The notes beneath the pieces are model-generated. The model was not told where the DNA came from and ran no database searches. It was given only the letters and a program-made list of their open reading frames with translations. Positions 1 to 14,230 of a DNA stretch of 64,000 nt are shown one piece after another. The first letter of the stretch is position 1, and each line of letters opens with the position of its first letter. The stretch comes from Marsupella aquatica (Eukaryota > Plantae > Marchantiophyta): positions 1,987,312 through 2,051,311 of the forward strand of contig OZ316897.1 in NCBI GenBank assembly GCA_973895155.1, given 5' to 3'. A program made the position numbers and the translations under genes.

Positions 1-159
1 ATTAGTTATAAGATGTATGTCCATCTTAGCTTCTTTTACAATGCAAAAGTCTACACTGGAATTGTGTAGTTTGTCTGTGGGCTGAGCAATCTATAGTAAT
101 GTCTCTATGGTTCCCAGATTGAGTACTGTGCCTGCACAGGGCTGAGAAATCCATGTTGG

Positions 160-575
160 CCAATAAGCTACAAATGTGGTTAACAAATATGTTTTTTTTT
201 TTGTCTTGAAACCGAAAGCTGACCCATCCAACAGAGGATAGACCAATAAGCTACAAATGTGGTTAACGAATATGTTTTTTTTCTTTTGCCTTGAAACCGA
301 AAGCTGACCCATCCAACAACAGAGGATAGACGATCAACTCCAGAGCATGCACCTCTATAGGGTAGCCCACAAGGGGGTCATACCCAGGAGCAGGAGGGAG
401 AGAGGGTTGGACCCCATCCAACAGAAAATAGAATCAACTCCAGAGCATGCACCTCTGTAGGGTAGCCCACAAGGGGGGTCATACCCAGGACCAGGAGGGA
501 GAGGGTTGGACACCTCTGTAGGGTAGCCCACAAGGGGGTTCATACCCAGGACCAGGAGGGAGAGGGTTGGACCAG
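160..575. repeat. Complex tandem duplication (two ~83-bp units, then three related ~60-100-bp units)
   Basis: ccaataagctacaaatgtggttaac...gaaagctgacccatccaaca occurs twice (~160, ~243). cacctct(a/g)tagggtagcccacaagggg...catacccagga.cagga.ggagagggttggac occurs three times (~350, ~450, ~511). Confidence 0.85.
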
Positions 576-1889
576 AACCCAAAGAGGACCAGCCAGGGCT
601 GAAGAGAAACCAAAACTTCCTCTTGCCTTGTATGTCCCTAAACTCAGGACAGTGGATAGGCTGCGGCCAGCGAAGTTATTTTCTGAAACTTCAATTTTAT
701 TCTCAGACTTGTAATCTGAGCTTTTGTATTTGGAGATTCACTCATCAAACAGCTCTTAGTGCAATCTTTCCGTCCAACATGGCGAGGAAATTGTTGGAAG
801 GAAGCCAAATTCAAAAGAAAATGAATGAGACTTCTACTTCACAATCATCACCTTTACAGCCCTGCGTACTATCCAGAAGAACATTCTTCACGCAAAGTAT
901 CTGGTGGCAATTCTAAGGAACGGATGAGCACAATCATCGTGGCCGAGAAAGTGACACTGAAGACATTCGTCATAATGACCACCGTGTTCAAGCCATCGAG
1001 AAGACGGGGAAACCCAGAAACTTTGGCTTATATACAGGACAGACAGGATTCCCAACTCAATGGTCAAACCAAACAGCTTTGGTGCGTTGATACCTTTCCA
1101 CAAAATGGCTGCTTAATTAGGGTGAGGTGGATAAGTGCATTGTCCCAACAATTACAGAGAACTTCGATACTTTGGAGAAGGCAGAGACATTCCCATCTTC
1201 GTGAAGAAGGTTGGTAACCTTGCTCACACCAGGCATTCAGATTTAATTTGTTCCCCATGGGCAGAGGTTGGGCCTTGACCTGTCCACCGCAACTTAAAGC
1301 AGATGAGAGACTATACTGGAAAGGTTTTCCATGTACCAATTGCAACATACATTGGACCATCCATTGGCATAGACGTTAAGAGTAAAAACCCAGACCTGCG
1401 GAGGAAAGAATGGGCAAAATTTCACTAGAAATGCAAGACAGATGAATTAAAACTTGAGAATCTTCCATCGTTAAACTTTTCGTATGCTCATTTGAATTGC
1501 TCAATGGTCAAGAATGTCGAACCGCCTTTCATAATAAATTACAGCAAAAGCCAAGTTTACTAGCTTCTGGACTGGGCCTATGGGGACATCTCTAGTTCAA
1601 GGTTCTTCCCGGATCACTAACAATTAGTTTCACGGATTAATTACAGATGTTCTTCTATTCCTCTTAGGTAACAAAACACACGGCTCAGACTTCCACACTA
1701 CCAGTCGGAGATGGCAATACAGGAGGCTCAATTGCAGCCAGAAATAATCAGTCGTGCAACAAATACTCGAGGCCACCAGACATTCTACTCAGCCTCTGGT
1801 GAAAATGCCAACTTCAATGCGGTGAGTAAGTGAGGAGTCTCCTGAAATGGACAGTCAAAATTGTGCTTGTTCTTGCTATACAATAACCA

Positions 1890-4800
1890 TCATGAAACCA
1901 TCACCTCGGGCAGAGGCTTAGGCAGCTGCATTCCAACCATGTGCGCCGGTACGTCCCTCCCACTTCGGTGCTGTAGTCGTTGATGTAAATTCTCAGCTAT
2001 CTCATCTGCGAATTCTGAATCCCACTGGATTATCAAGGCCGGGTCCACGGCATAGCAGATGTAGATTGAAGTCACAGCGCTTTCCACCACCACCAAAGTG
2101 AGACCGACCTGAAAATATTGCCACAACACAGCATTAGTGTAATGTTCCGCCTCCAGCAGAAGATTTGTTCCAAACTCTACCATGAATGACTTATCACAAG
2201 AGAAGAATGAACAAGGAGACACTGAATAAACCCTTAGAATGAGGCAAACCGGGGAAAGGAGAAAAAAACAAACCAGAACCATGCCCATTAGCATTGCAGT
2301 TGCTCCCACCATAATGACTCTGTCTTTCTGCCTGTACCATGACCATATACCGACTCCAGTTCCAGTCAAGAGACCTCCCAACACAGTAGCCATCACCAAG
2401 ATAGCTCCTGTAAGATCATAAGCGATGAGGGCCTCCACTCCTGTCGACTGGAAGAGTTCCCATGCATCTCGAGCAGAATGGTTGAAATTTTTTCCATAAA
2501 CAGCCACCTGTGGATAAGTCACAAAACCGCTAGGTGAATATAACAGCACAAACTAGTACAAAGGCATATTTTTGTGCTCATGCAGACTCGGTGCAGCTTC
2601 TGGAATCTTCCCTCCCAGAATTAAGCGAAATGCGAGCTAATGACTATCATCTGCTACTACAACGAACCAAGGGCTACAAGATACGTCGTTCACACACCTG
2701 TACATAGGCATACTTGTTGAAAAATCGAACCAATGTCTCCACAAGATTAAACATGAAGTTTACACAGCAGAGTAAACACTCATTGTTGCCGATGCGGGAC
2801 CGCAAACCTCTTATCTGTGAGATTCCCCCAAACGAGATGGTTAGAAGAAAAGACACATGTAACGTTGTTTGATTTATTTGAATTCATGACAGATACAAGA
2901 TTAGAAAAAGTGAATTTTAAAGTTGATAAGACACTCTTGACCAGCTAGTAACCTTCTCCTGTGACATTGATTAGTAGAAATAAGACCAGTTCATGAAGCT
3001 TACCGCCCATCGCATAACACGAATAGCAGCTGTGAAGAGTGACCCATAGCAGATGCTGCCCAGGGAGGTACTGACAGCATGTCGAAGGGATCGCATTAAG
3101 GGATGCGGAGGTAACGCAATTTGACCTTGGGCTCCGTTAGAAAGAAGCAGTGAAATAACTCCAGCCACGATGACGTGGACTGTGTTACAGAGCACAGCCC
3201 CAGTCCAGAAGAGACTTACAGAAAAAGCCTGCAAAATAGAAACATAGGCCATGAAATCCGTGAGTTGAACTTCAAAGTCGTCGAGCCGATTTTGGATTGC
3301 TCCCACAGACTGCAGACGATGACTTCAAATGAACTATTTGACCGATTGAATTCTAAGTAGGTCTTCACCAGTGTGAAAATCAACCAGGAGACCAGAGGAA
3401 CGAAGACCCTCACCGCAAGTATCCACCAGCGTGCAGTGTCTTCCACGCCCGAAGCTACCACACCAGCCACTCCAAACGACCAGATGGTCAACCATAAGAG
3501 CATGACCGCAACAAACGCGTAGGACACTCTCATCGTTCCCGGAAGAGCACGTAGCATTGTCACGGCCTTCCGTATAACCAACATTGAGAAAGGTAACCTA
3601 AACCCGAGGAAAAATCCAGAACTCTCGTCAAAACCATATATGAGGGATTTAAGAGGAAAACATTATGATCCAGATTAATGCGCCATGCTTAAATTATGAA
3701 CCGCCTGTGCAGCTAGCAGCAATGAGGACCATGGAAGACAAAAAGTTGAAGAACAGAAAACGTAAAGAAATTCCTCAATCATTCTCCCAGCGATCTAAAA
3801 GGCAATCGCAAAATTTAGCTCTGCTAAACGTGACGCCTACACCAGTCCGAAAAAACCAAATTTGGAAATGACGAAATTGTCACAGTAAAGAGAATGTGGT
3901 AATACCGGTCCATCACTGAAATTGCGTAAAGAAATTGCAGTAGTGCTCCGATTGAGAACGTTAATCCCCAGAAATATTCGTTATCCCAGAAACAGAAGAC
4001 TGCGATAACAGCCAGGTATGTAGTAACACTATGTACAGCAACCTTGATAATTTGATTGGTACGCAGGCAAAATATTGCCAGGATGGCCCATGCAAGAAAT
4101 GCTCCTGTGGCTCCAGCCACCGCATATATTGGCCAGAAATCCTCAGTGTGAAAGCCATCTGCTGTCCTGGAGAACCTGGCTAGCCTTGGAATTCTGTTAG
4201 TAGCCTCGAACCTGTTGTAACCCAAGACTATGAGCGCAAAACCGATCAAACCCACTTGGAGAAGGAATGTAAGCAGCCAAAATACATCCCTCCACTTCCT
4301 AGGAGGCTCCGGTGTTCTCCCCAATGGAGGTGGGGTGTAGGCACTGTCCCCACTACTCGGTGTCTCCTGTTGAATACACCAAAACCCACTCGTTGGCATT
4401 ATTTCCCTTCCGTTCATCAATTTCTCAATCTTGACCGACAATGAGGGGAAACGAAGGCTTGACAAACCCTAGAGGTACAGAGAGGATTAAACTGAAAGGC
4501 TCTTAACATCATTTGCAAAATTAGCTCAAAAATGTGGATTTTAAGCTTAATGTGCACCCTCCCTGAGATCGAGATTACTTTCGAGTGTTGTAGACATTCA
4601 GATGGCAATTACAGTAGCTGACCGATGAACTCGAAAACCCTAATTACCGTCAAATGCTTGCCATTTCAAATGGTGACATCCCGTGTGCGTTACCAGCAAA
4701 AAGGATGCCATAAAGGCACACAGACTTTGCAAAAACCAACCCGTTTGAGGTCAAATTTGTAACGGGAGCAACCGTGCCAAGAGAGAAAACGGACCGCCCA

Positions 4801-5316
4801 TAATCAACCCATCTAATATACAGTTTCAGATACAAGGCCTTTCGCCATTTCAGATTCAAGAATTCGGATGGAGGACAGCCAGCCACACCTTCCAGAAAAA
4901 AACGATTCACCACCCTCAACGAAACCTAAGGACCATAAAGAAGAGGAGAATTTCCAGAGGCTATGACGCAGGCTACTTCATTTTGATAATTGATCTCAGC
5001 AAATAGCGCGGATCTAACAAATGAGTAGGTGCAGATAGGAAATGGCGCGTAGTCTACACAAAGATCGAACTTCCTTAAAGGTCCAGATTTTAGTGGTCTG
5101 CTTGAGAATGTTCTCATCATGTGAAGGCAAGAAGGGGACCAGAAGTGAGGAGACAACAATTGTCGGTGCGGTGTGTACCAGGTCGGAGCTGTTGACGGAG
5201 GCAAAGTCATCCTCGACAACTTCATTGACACCCAAGTGAGCTGTATGTTGGCTGGAGGGAGTGGCGGATTGAGTCAAGGGTAGACCACCGCGGTCCACAA
5301 AAAAAAACTTCTGCAT
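1890..5316 (-). CDS. Plasma-membrane choline transporter family protein (CTL/PNS1-like, resembling Arabidopsis At1g25500)
   Basis: Frame-consistent GT-AG exons: 5071-5316 (tentative), 3906-4366, 3414-3597, 3004-3228, 2698-2814, 2274-2507, 1890-2108 (~561 aa). Family motifs: RKWRDVFWL, SLGSICYGSLFTAAIR, ECLLCCVNFMFNLVETLVRFFNKYAYVQVAVYGK, SARDAWELFQSTGVEAL, VESAVTSIYICYA. The start codon and first exon are uncertain (alternative acceptor at ~4469, alternative ATGs at ~4400-4420). Confidence 0.92.
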
Positions 5317-5689
5317 ACTCCTCTCCGACAGCGACTCATCCACATGTCCTCCGGTGAGTCACAAGGGCAGCATCCCCATGATATAGTCGTTGACACCGCC
5401 TCCTTCTGCACCTCCAACCCACCATCCTCTAATAAACTCCGCCATGACGTGGATGTCGATGATGATCTCTCGGTCTCTCGTACGCCCCTCACACGCACTC
5501 TGATCTGCACTACGCTGCTCTGTCCCGCTCCGTTTTGCTACGTTCTTTCATGCGGCGAATTGGATTCTGTGCCAGCCCAGATCCGTTCAAGAAGCAGCCA
5601 ATGGGGCGCTCAAACCCACATCACATCATCTAGACAACTGAATCACTCCGGCTTCCCATTCTAGAGAGATGAAGCGCCTATTTTCCTCC

Positions 5690-5790
5690 GTTCTGTGATG
5701 CTCTGCTTTGCGATGCTCTGATCGTTTGCTATGCTCTGCTCTGCCCTGTTCTGTTCTGTTCGCTTCGGCTCGGTTCTGTTCTGTTCTGTA
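5690..5790. repeat. Degenerate pentanucleotide microsatellite (CTGCT/CTGTT)
   Basis: ctctgctctgccctgttctgttctgttcgcttcggctcggttctgttctgttctgt. Confidence 0.7.
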
Positions 5791-6512
5791 GAGCAATCAC
5801 ACGACAGGAACGAGCCTGAAATTCACTCAATCCCCTCCGACCGAGCTGCGCATGCTCCTCCTCGTCTTCGTCGCTCCCCAGCCCGAAATCCCATACATTC
5901 ATTCGTCACCTTCTTGTCTACCGGTTACACATCTCACCAACAAGACACCGACACGATCATCAGACCAACGAGCCAGCAGAGGAAAGCCCCGCCGAGAGGG
6001 ACGGAGCGAACCACAGGCGGAACCAACCGAGTGATGAGTACTGCGAATTCCAACAGTCCTCAGGCTCGGACGGATGACAACAGTCGCAGAGCATACAGTA
6101 CCACTCCCTCAGCGGGAAAGCAATCAATCACTCACTCGCTCAACAATCGGTACACTACAGAGTAACGAAGGCCAGGCAGAATGTGTATTCACGCCGCTCC
6201 TCTGATCCGCTCTCTGGCGACATCGTCGTCGTCTGCTTTGAATTCATGCATTCACTAATTCCCTCTGTGGGTCCACTAGCTGTCGTCGGTTTGAAGCTCC
6301 GTGCTTCGCGGGATGGGAATGGTGATGGTGGTGCCGGAGTAGTAGTAAAAGTCAACCAAAAGCTTCACACCATCCCATCCGCAACCCCCGCCGACGCCGC
6401 ACCTCCGGCGGCTTCTGAGTATATGCCTTCCCCAGTTTCTCCCTCCCCCAGTGCCCCGCTCTCCTCCCCCCCTGCTCAGAGTTAAGTCAGCTGACTCCTC
6501 AAATCCTCAATC

Positions 6513-6962
6513 CTCGCTCCATTCCAATCCAAACTGCAGCTGCCTTTGCATGAGACTATGAGGCGCAGAACTGGTCGTCATCGCCGTGATGCTGCCAGAG
6601 CTTCCTCCGATTCTCTCTCTCCCCTTCCCCTACAGTCCTACTCCTATAGCTCCTCCTTTGCGTCACACACCTCGCTCCCATCCAAACCTCAGCTGCCGCT
6701 CCAGCTTTGCGTAAGAGGCAGAACTGGTCATCATCGCCGTCCCGTTTCTGGAGCTTCCTCTGTTCCTCTCTCCCCCATCGTTTTACATTCCTACCATAGC
6801 TCCTCCTTTTCATGACACCCCTCGTTCCAATCCAAACTTCAGCTCCTGCTCAAGCTTGCATGAGAGGCAGAACTGGTCGTCATGGCCGTCCCGTTCGTGG
6901 AGCTTCCTCTGTTCCTCCCTTTCCCTTCGTCCTGCAGTCCTACCATAGCTCCTCTTTCACGA
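6513..6962. repeat. Three diverged ~150-bp GC-rich tandem units
   Basis: Core gcagaactggtc(g/a)tcat(c/g)gccgt...gagcttcctc...cctaccatagctcctc at ~6565, ~6718 and ~6868. Confidence 0.85.
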
Positions 6963-7675
6963 GGAGTTGAGGACAATGAATCGAGGCCCTCGGACAAAAT
7001 CGAAATGGAGGAAGAATCGAATTCCCAGAACTCAGATCCCACTCAATCTCATCTGTCCGATTCGTCCTTCATGATTCAGTCGACCAGATACTCAAACACC
7101 AGTCGACAACAGTTCCAGCTCAGCCTTTTCAGCAGAACACGAAGTTCGGTCTCCGCCATCTCTGCAGTCTGCACTCATCTCAAAGCTTCTCACCATATCT
7201 GCTTTCTACCTGTGCCTCTGCCCTTTTCCCTCTTCTGACCAGAAAGCCAAACCTCCAACAGATAGATGTCATTTCATTCTTTCTGACGAGCACCATAATT
7301 ATCACGTCACTCACCTATTCATCGTTTTGCAGAGCGATGAATAGAGTGATCAATTGGTTACTCATCTAATCATTCTTTTGATCAATTGGTCACTCATCCA
7401 TTCATTCTTTTGCAGAGGGATTTAGGGAGATGAATAGGATGTTTCAAACACTAAAGTCTGGCGTGAACAAGATAAGGGTCTCCCATAAGTGAAGTATTAT
7501 GGTAACTTTAGTAAAAGATACGGGTGTCCAATTTTTGCTACCATAAGGAAAGTACACGGGCTCAACATTTAACCCACAACTTTCTCGCAATTTTAGGCGC
7601 AAATCCAAGAATCCGGAAAGCCGCAAGTGGACTTTGCACTTGACATTGTGATGGCTCCTGCATTTGAGGCGGTGG

Positions 7676-7856
7676 CTGATCAAGAATGGAGCCAAAAAAA
7701 ATAGATGTTATGAGACAGGTGAAGCAGTACCTCCAGTCTTATGGGGAAGGTCAATGTTACCTTCGCGCTGATCAAGAATGGAGCAAAAAAGAATAGATGT
7801 TATGAGACAGGTAAAGCAGTACCTCCAGTCTTATGGGGCAGGTCAATGTTACCTTC
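7676..7856. repeat. Near-identical ~91-bp tandem duplication
   Basis: gctgatcaagaatggagc...gatgttatgagacaggt.aagcagtacctccagtcttatgggg.aggtcaatgttaccttc at 7676 and 7767. Confidence 0.9.
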
Positions 7857-10800
7857 CCCACTTTTAAAATTCCACAATTGGGTCACATAATCCAATTATG
7901 GAATATACAACAAATCTATAACTTTCATTAATGACCCTGTTTTGAGACCTCCTAATAAAATGACCAATGACTCTACTGCATTAAGTCACTACGGTTCATT
8001 GCATTTTATATTCTGATTAAATCTAGATCACATAATTTGGACTGGTATATTATGACAGGAAGTGACAGGAAAAAGGTTGCAGTTGGCTCTACAAGGACCA
8101 TTGAGCTTAGGTGATTAAGTGTCTACCAAACCAAAATGATGACTTGGAGTGTTTATTCTATCTAAAACTTTAGACGATGATGTCCGGTCTTTAATTGGTG
8201 TCCATTCGGGTATTGTGTTCTACTTATCCTAAAGCAAAGGAGTGGGTCCCAGACAAATGTGGCCCCAGCAAAATGTGGCCCATGAGTGTGATGAAGCGGA
8301 GTGTTATTTTTAGATGTGATGTAGTGTTTGTTTTGTTAGAATTGTTGACCTCGAGAATGGTACATTTCCAAACTTTGGACCCTTCATTCAAGGTATTTGT
8401 ATTTATGGAAGATATCTCAATAAAAAAATGGTCTTGAATCATCTTTACAACAAAAAGTGGCCCTCTATTTTGCATTGGTGGCAAAAATTAACCCGTGCCC
8501 CTACTTCTTGGAAAGCCAAGAAATGAAAAGACAAGTACAGTAGTTCCCCCACGTCTTGTAAAGCCTCCCTAACGAACTTGCTATAGCAATCATGAGCGCC
8601 TTTTTGGCAGGAAACAACAGGGCCAGTGATGATGATGGCCTGCCAGCACCATCACCACATTACACCAAACTACTCAATAGCAAGGCAATGATGCTTGCAC
8701 TAATAATAAAATATACCTTCTCATAAGCAATGACCATCCCCCCTCCACTTCCCCACCAAGAGAATTTTCAGCATTCTGGTAGCTTCCAACCTACCTTCCT
8801 CCCTTGCCCTCCTTCCCGCCCCTTTTCCTCCCACCTTTACTGTTCACACATGAACTTAGCACAAACCCAGGGCATTGGATATATACCTTCACCAAATTGC
8901 CAAATTGAGCTTCCAACAAAGTATCTGGTATCATCATCAAATTGCCAATGTTCAAGTCAAAGAATACCTAACGGATATTATTACCAAATCGAGTTGAATT
9001 ATATGAGTAGATTTTCAGGCCATGTGCTCAAAGGCCTGCACCCTTCCAGTTTTTGTCACACCCTTGATGGTTCGTTTATGGTAGGGACTACCGGGTTTGT
9101 CATTGCCCTGTGCACAATTTAACATTTTTACCTTTCAAATTTTTGTGCAGTGCCAAAAATCTAGATTTTATTTCCTAGTTTAAAGCCAATGTATAGACTG
9201 ACACCTGAGTGTTCTACATCAACATGCTTAGAATCTTCCTCAAATTTGCATCATAATGTTCTTTGAAGTTTCACAAAGACAACCTAAATTGTTGGTCAAG
9301 ACAATGAAATTTCCAACAATTATTAGTTTATTGTGTTTAACTGATTGTTCCTGTGGTGTTAGTAGTGTCAGGAAATGTGTTGAGCATGCCCCAGCTGTGC
9401 TGGCATCCAGCCTTGCAACCTTTGGCCTAGACTGGGGGATATGGGTTTTGATCATGTCACCAATGTGAGAAATCTGAGACCAGGTGCACCATTGAGCCCA
9501 GATCTTGACATCAAAGAAAGAAATTCACTGAGTAGTACCTATTAAAGTACTTTCAAAATTCAGTAAATAGTTTGCATACTTGTGGCCAGAACCCAGGTTC
9601 CTGCCAACTGGTTCATAAAAGCAACTTATAGAGCTGCTCATCCAGAACTTCATCCTTCTACAATACAGTTGCTTACAACAAAAAATCCCTTCTCAACAAA
9701 CAAAAACAAAATACCAAACCCCATGTACATGTTTATTTTACTTTTTGGTTGGCCTTTTGAGTTGCTTGGCTTGGAAGGTGAAAATAGCTAGGCTCCTTGG
9801 GTGGAGCAAGTATTGAAGCACTTGTGGGTCATTGGACTTGAAATTAGGATTGGTTGGGACCCATGATGCGGAGCTATGAAGGCCTAGACATATTTGCATG
9901 GAATGGTAATAAAACATGTGGTGCAAACTTTTGCGCTCAAACCATGCCACCTTGGTTTCTGTATTCTGGAACATTTTCTGCTTCAGAATCTGTACAAATC
10001 AGTTTTTATATGTCTTCCCAACTGTTCATGTGGAACATTTTGTGAATGTAGCACGGTGCAAGACAAATCCAGTCAAATATGCCAAAAAACATCTTGTAGA
10101 GTGATTACATATACTTATCACAAAGCTGTTACATGCATGCTAGGGCCAAGGATTTGCATGCGTAACCTGGGGCACCCACGCTCTTCACATTAAGGCAAAC
10201 AAAAATAAAAGCTTAAAATGCCTGAATTTTTCACTTAGTAACTAAGTCATGGATGTAGCCAAAACTTTGCTTGATCTGAGTTAGTGTGAGTAACACTAAT
10301 TGCGGTGAATATTGTAAAGATGATTAAAAAAATATGCAATACAGATTTTTCCTTGCATTCTAATGGTCCGCATCTAGTGTCACCACTATGGTAGGTCTGC
10401 AAGCAGGCCATGGCTGTCCTCTGAGGGAATGTCGACAATACCCCTGACTTGTGGTCTGACTTGTGGTTCAAGAAAGGCAAAGAGGAAACACCTTGGCAAG
10501 GGGCCCCTTGTGATAAATGCGTTGAACAGCTCCACTTTAAACCGCCACTAGCCATATAAAAGGGGTAAATGGCAAGCTAGGGCAGTTCATTGTCTCTAGA
10601 GGGTGCCCTATAAAGGCTCAGCTCCCGCTAGCCCAAAGCCAGAGTCCTCTAGCCCCAGCCAGAGCCTCCTCACTGTGTGTCAGTTAGGGTGTAAGTGGGT
10701 GTCTTGGTGTTTATGTGCGGTCGTGAATGAGAGGGTGCGTGAGTGCATTTTTTAGATCAAAAAGCTACTGCCATAGCCATGGCCTCTTGTGACCTGAAAA

Positions 10801-11198
10801 CCTCGGCAACCAAGATGCGCTGCATCCTTCGACTGAGCTGATGCAAATACAAATCTGATCCTTTGAGATCTTATGCCAATACAAGTGAACTGGCTGATCA
10901 AACAGGAAGATGAAGGATGAACTGTGGCTATGGAGTGTGGCCTGCAGTGGTTCTTGTCCAAAACTTCCATCCAGCCAGCTTAGTTCCTGGGCATAGGAAT
11001 CACAGCGGAACAACGCAACCTTGCCACTCATACACACACATCTATATGCCTTTCGCTGTCCACGCTTCAACTCATCAAGTGCTTCGTTTTGTTATTGCTC
11101 ACTTTATCAAACGAGCTATAGTGCAGGTACTCAGCCGATGATAGTAGTCTAGCTGAATTAGGTGGGATCGGACGAGACATTGAATTGTGTGATGAAAA

Positions 11199-11568
11199 TC
11201 TTATTTATAAAGCGTCAACTACAAGCTAGAGTTGGGCCTAGGCTTCTAGAGTGAAGCTTCTATACAGTAACTCCATGGTTCATCATGTGGATGGTAAAAC
11301 TCATGACCGTGATGTATATTTTTTGTCATGATTTCTATTTACATTAAAAAATGTGTTTTATGGCCAACATAACATGTGTGCATAGAAAGGGTGATGTGCA
11401 TAGAAAAGAATAATGGTATGTTATATATGATTATTAAAATGATTACATGCATGATGTTTTTTTATCATTTCATTAATCTTCAAAGAATGTGAATAAGGAA
11501 TATATTTCGGTGACATTTTTATTGTCATCCCCGCTATTCATGTTCAAAGAAGGGATAGTCGGGGCTAG
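11199..11568 (+). mobile_element. Non-autonomous Helitron-like element, copy 1
   Basis: Starts A|TCTTATTTATAAAGCG and ends ...ccccgctat...atagtcggggCTAG|T. It has a 5' TC, a 3' CTAG, a subterminal hairpin, insertion between A and T, and no TSD. It aligns end to end with the copy at 14231-14587. Confidence 0.7.
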
Positions 11569-14230
11569 TAGAGTTAACTAGGCACTCACTCTTGGACATG
11601 CTTTCTGTGCAAGTGTTTTCCTCTGTTTTGTTTGGAGAGTGGCTTTCCAAGTGAGGGGAAATTTCTCAGCTAGGACAGTTGCTGGTGCCAAAGTTGAGCC
11701 ACTGTAGTTTTGAGAGAAAGAGAGCTACCACATATCTAGGAAAAGTATTACTTGAGGTGCAAGAAAAGGATCCATGAACGAGGTAGCCAGGAACGTGAGG
11801 AGATGGCCTTTGTACAATAAGTGCTGTAGAGTTTGATTTGAAAATAGTTTAGTCTATTTATGGTACCAACATTAAGCTAGTTTGATTCCCTAAACAGTGT
11901 AATCTATTTGTGGAACCAACATTAAGCACATTAAGATTGAGTCTCATGTGGGACCTCCATCAATCTACAGTATCAAGCTCACATTTCAAAGTCTCCTGGG
12001 ATCATTTCATGCCTTCCGGATCAAGAAAGGGATATGATAAAAAAAACCTTCAACTCCTCAATCACAGCAAGCACTTCACTAAAATAAGGCAAATAGATGC
12101 AACACACAAAAGGAGGAAAATATGATAATTTTAAAAGCAGAGCGAAGAGGAAGAAAATACTCCAAACAAAAAAAAGGACAAGGAATGGATTAATAAAGTT
12201 TATGGGGGCACCTCATAAGTACATAGGTTAGCTTATTTGCATCTCCTATGAATTAATGTCATACTGGTGTTTTTTTTTCAATTCATATGGCCATTTAGTA
12301 AGGGTCCATTGTCTTTCAAGTTTGATAGTGCTTAATAGCCCAATGCCCATGCATTGCACTGATGTCGTTGCTACCATGTGGTCATAGCAGAAGTTTTGTC
12401 TTTTTGGCTAGCTTGTTGTTACAAAAGTGTTCTTGTTTGAACAAGTTGCTATTATAAGTGCCATTGTTTTAGCCAGGTTATTTCTATGAAAGGGTTGTTG
12501 TGGCAAAAATTATTGTCATTTTGGCCGGGTTACTGCTGTGATGGTGTTGGTAGTTTGGTTGAGTTGTCCTGGTGGTTGGGTTGCTATTGCAGCAAGTGAT
12601 GTGTTTGAAGAGTGATGAAGAATTTGAGAGGAGAAAGGGGACAGTTGTGAGATGAGCCTATGGGCAATAAAAACTGGGACAGACAAGGTGGACAAAGACA
12701 AACGGTTTGGGAGAAACAAAGACGAATACATGCATGATTAGGAGCCAAAGACAAGTCATTCCCAAGAGGTGGGGCAAATAAAAAGAATCATTCACGGGCC
12801 CCAACAAATACTCAATAGAGAAAATAAAAAAAAGAACAACCATTCCCCTCTCAATCATATATATTTACTCCCTGACAAGTACTCCCTCATGGTTCCCAAA
12901 TAACCTCCCCCAATCCAAAACTTGCTCTCATCCGCTCCATTTCCTTATTATGTGGTTTGTTGTGCCTTGCTTCTACAGTTGACTCTCTCTAAGTGCACAA
13001 TCCATAAGCGCTTACCCCTGATTAATGCAGGTCATCCTCTTCTTCCCTTTTCTTTTACACAAGATAAACGCTTTTCCTAAGTGCACACAGGACTAAAATC
13101 ATTTCACTAAATGACAACTTTATGAGTGCTTACCCTCAATAAGCATCTCTATGCTCTTATTGGTAAATACACAAAATCATGAAATTACATTTACAGATAA
13201 ATGCATGCCCATTCTTAGTAGAGTATAAAATGCACTTAAGGAGGGTGAACACAGAAGTATTTAGGGCAGGGATACTAAGTACAAGGGTGCTAACTCTGAT
13301 AGGTTTCCATTGCATCTCATTATCCATGGCAATGCAGTAGTAGTTCACGCTACGCTTAACCATACTACCAGTGTGCAGAAGTCTTGGCAATTGAGTCGAA
13401 CACTCATTGACATTACTACTATGATTGCACGGGAGAGACGGTGACACTGCTATCCTATTGTCCCATTTTTGGGGTGTCTGACTTGCTGTTCTATGTGGTA
13501 CAACCTACTCCTATCTTGGGCGGTGTCTTGTTTCAGGCCTCTTGCCTTTGTTGGATGGTTGGCCCTTGTTATTGCCGTCATCCTGGTGTGCAGGGTGGTT
13601 TCTTTTGGGTGGTTTTGCCCCCTTTGAGTGTAGTTTTTGTGTGTTTTGGCCCCCTAGGTCTGTTGTTCTTTGTGCCCTGCTGGTCTTTGCCGCGGCAGCC
13701 TCTGGAATAAATGGGCACTCTGCCACTTTGTGCTTTAAAAATATATATGAAAAAAGGTACAAGGGTGAGGGACTCTAAATTTAACAAATGAATCTAAATC
13801 AAGCGCACTTATTGATTAGTGCACTTTGTAGAGGAGGTGGGCTTATCAAGGAATGCAACACCTGGTTTACTGCATGTTGGATCCCTCTTCCCCAGAGAGT
13901 ACACTTAGAAAGAATAAACTGCATATGTATGCCTTCATACTTACATACCCCAAACTTTTTTTAAATGTGATGTGGGGCTCCATAGGGTTCCCTATTTGAT
14001 TTCAGCCCCACTTACACATGATTGCCACTTGGCAAGCCCTCAGTCAACTCCCATGTGCGACATTGAGGACTCAGGTCCCGGTTTGGCCTTACCCAGACTA
14101 GTGGGAAAGGCTAAGATGATTTAAATCTCTATCCAATGGCCACAATCAGTTCCCGCTCTTTTTATTTTGTAAACAGACCATTGGAGTGCAAAAGGCAGGA
14201 TTGTTTACTATAGTTGTTAGATTGTTATGA

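Noticed and set aside
8700-10200. Cluster of short ORFs as a hAT/MULE relic
   Set aside because: Only vague motif resemblance, in the wrong order.
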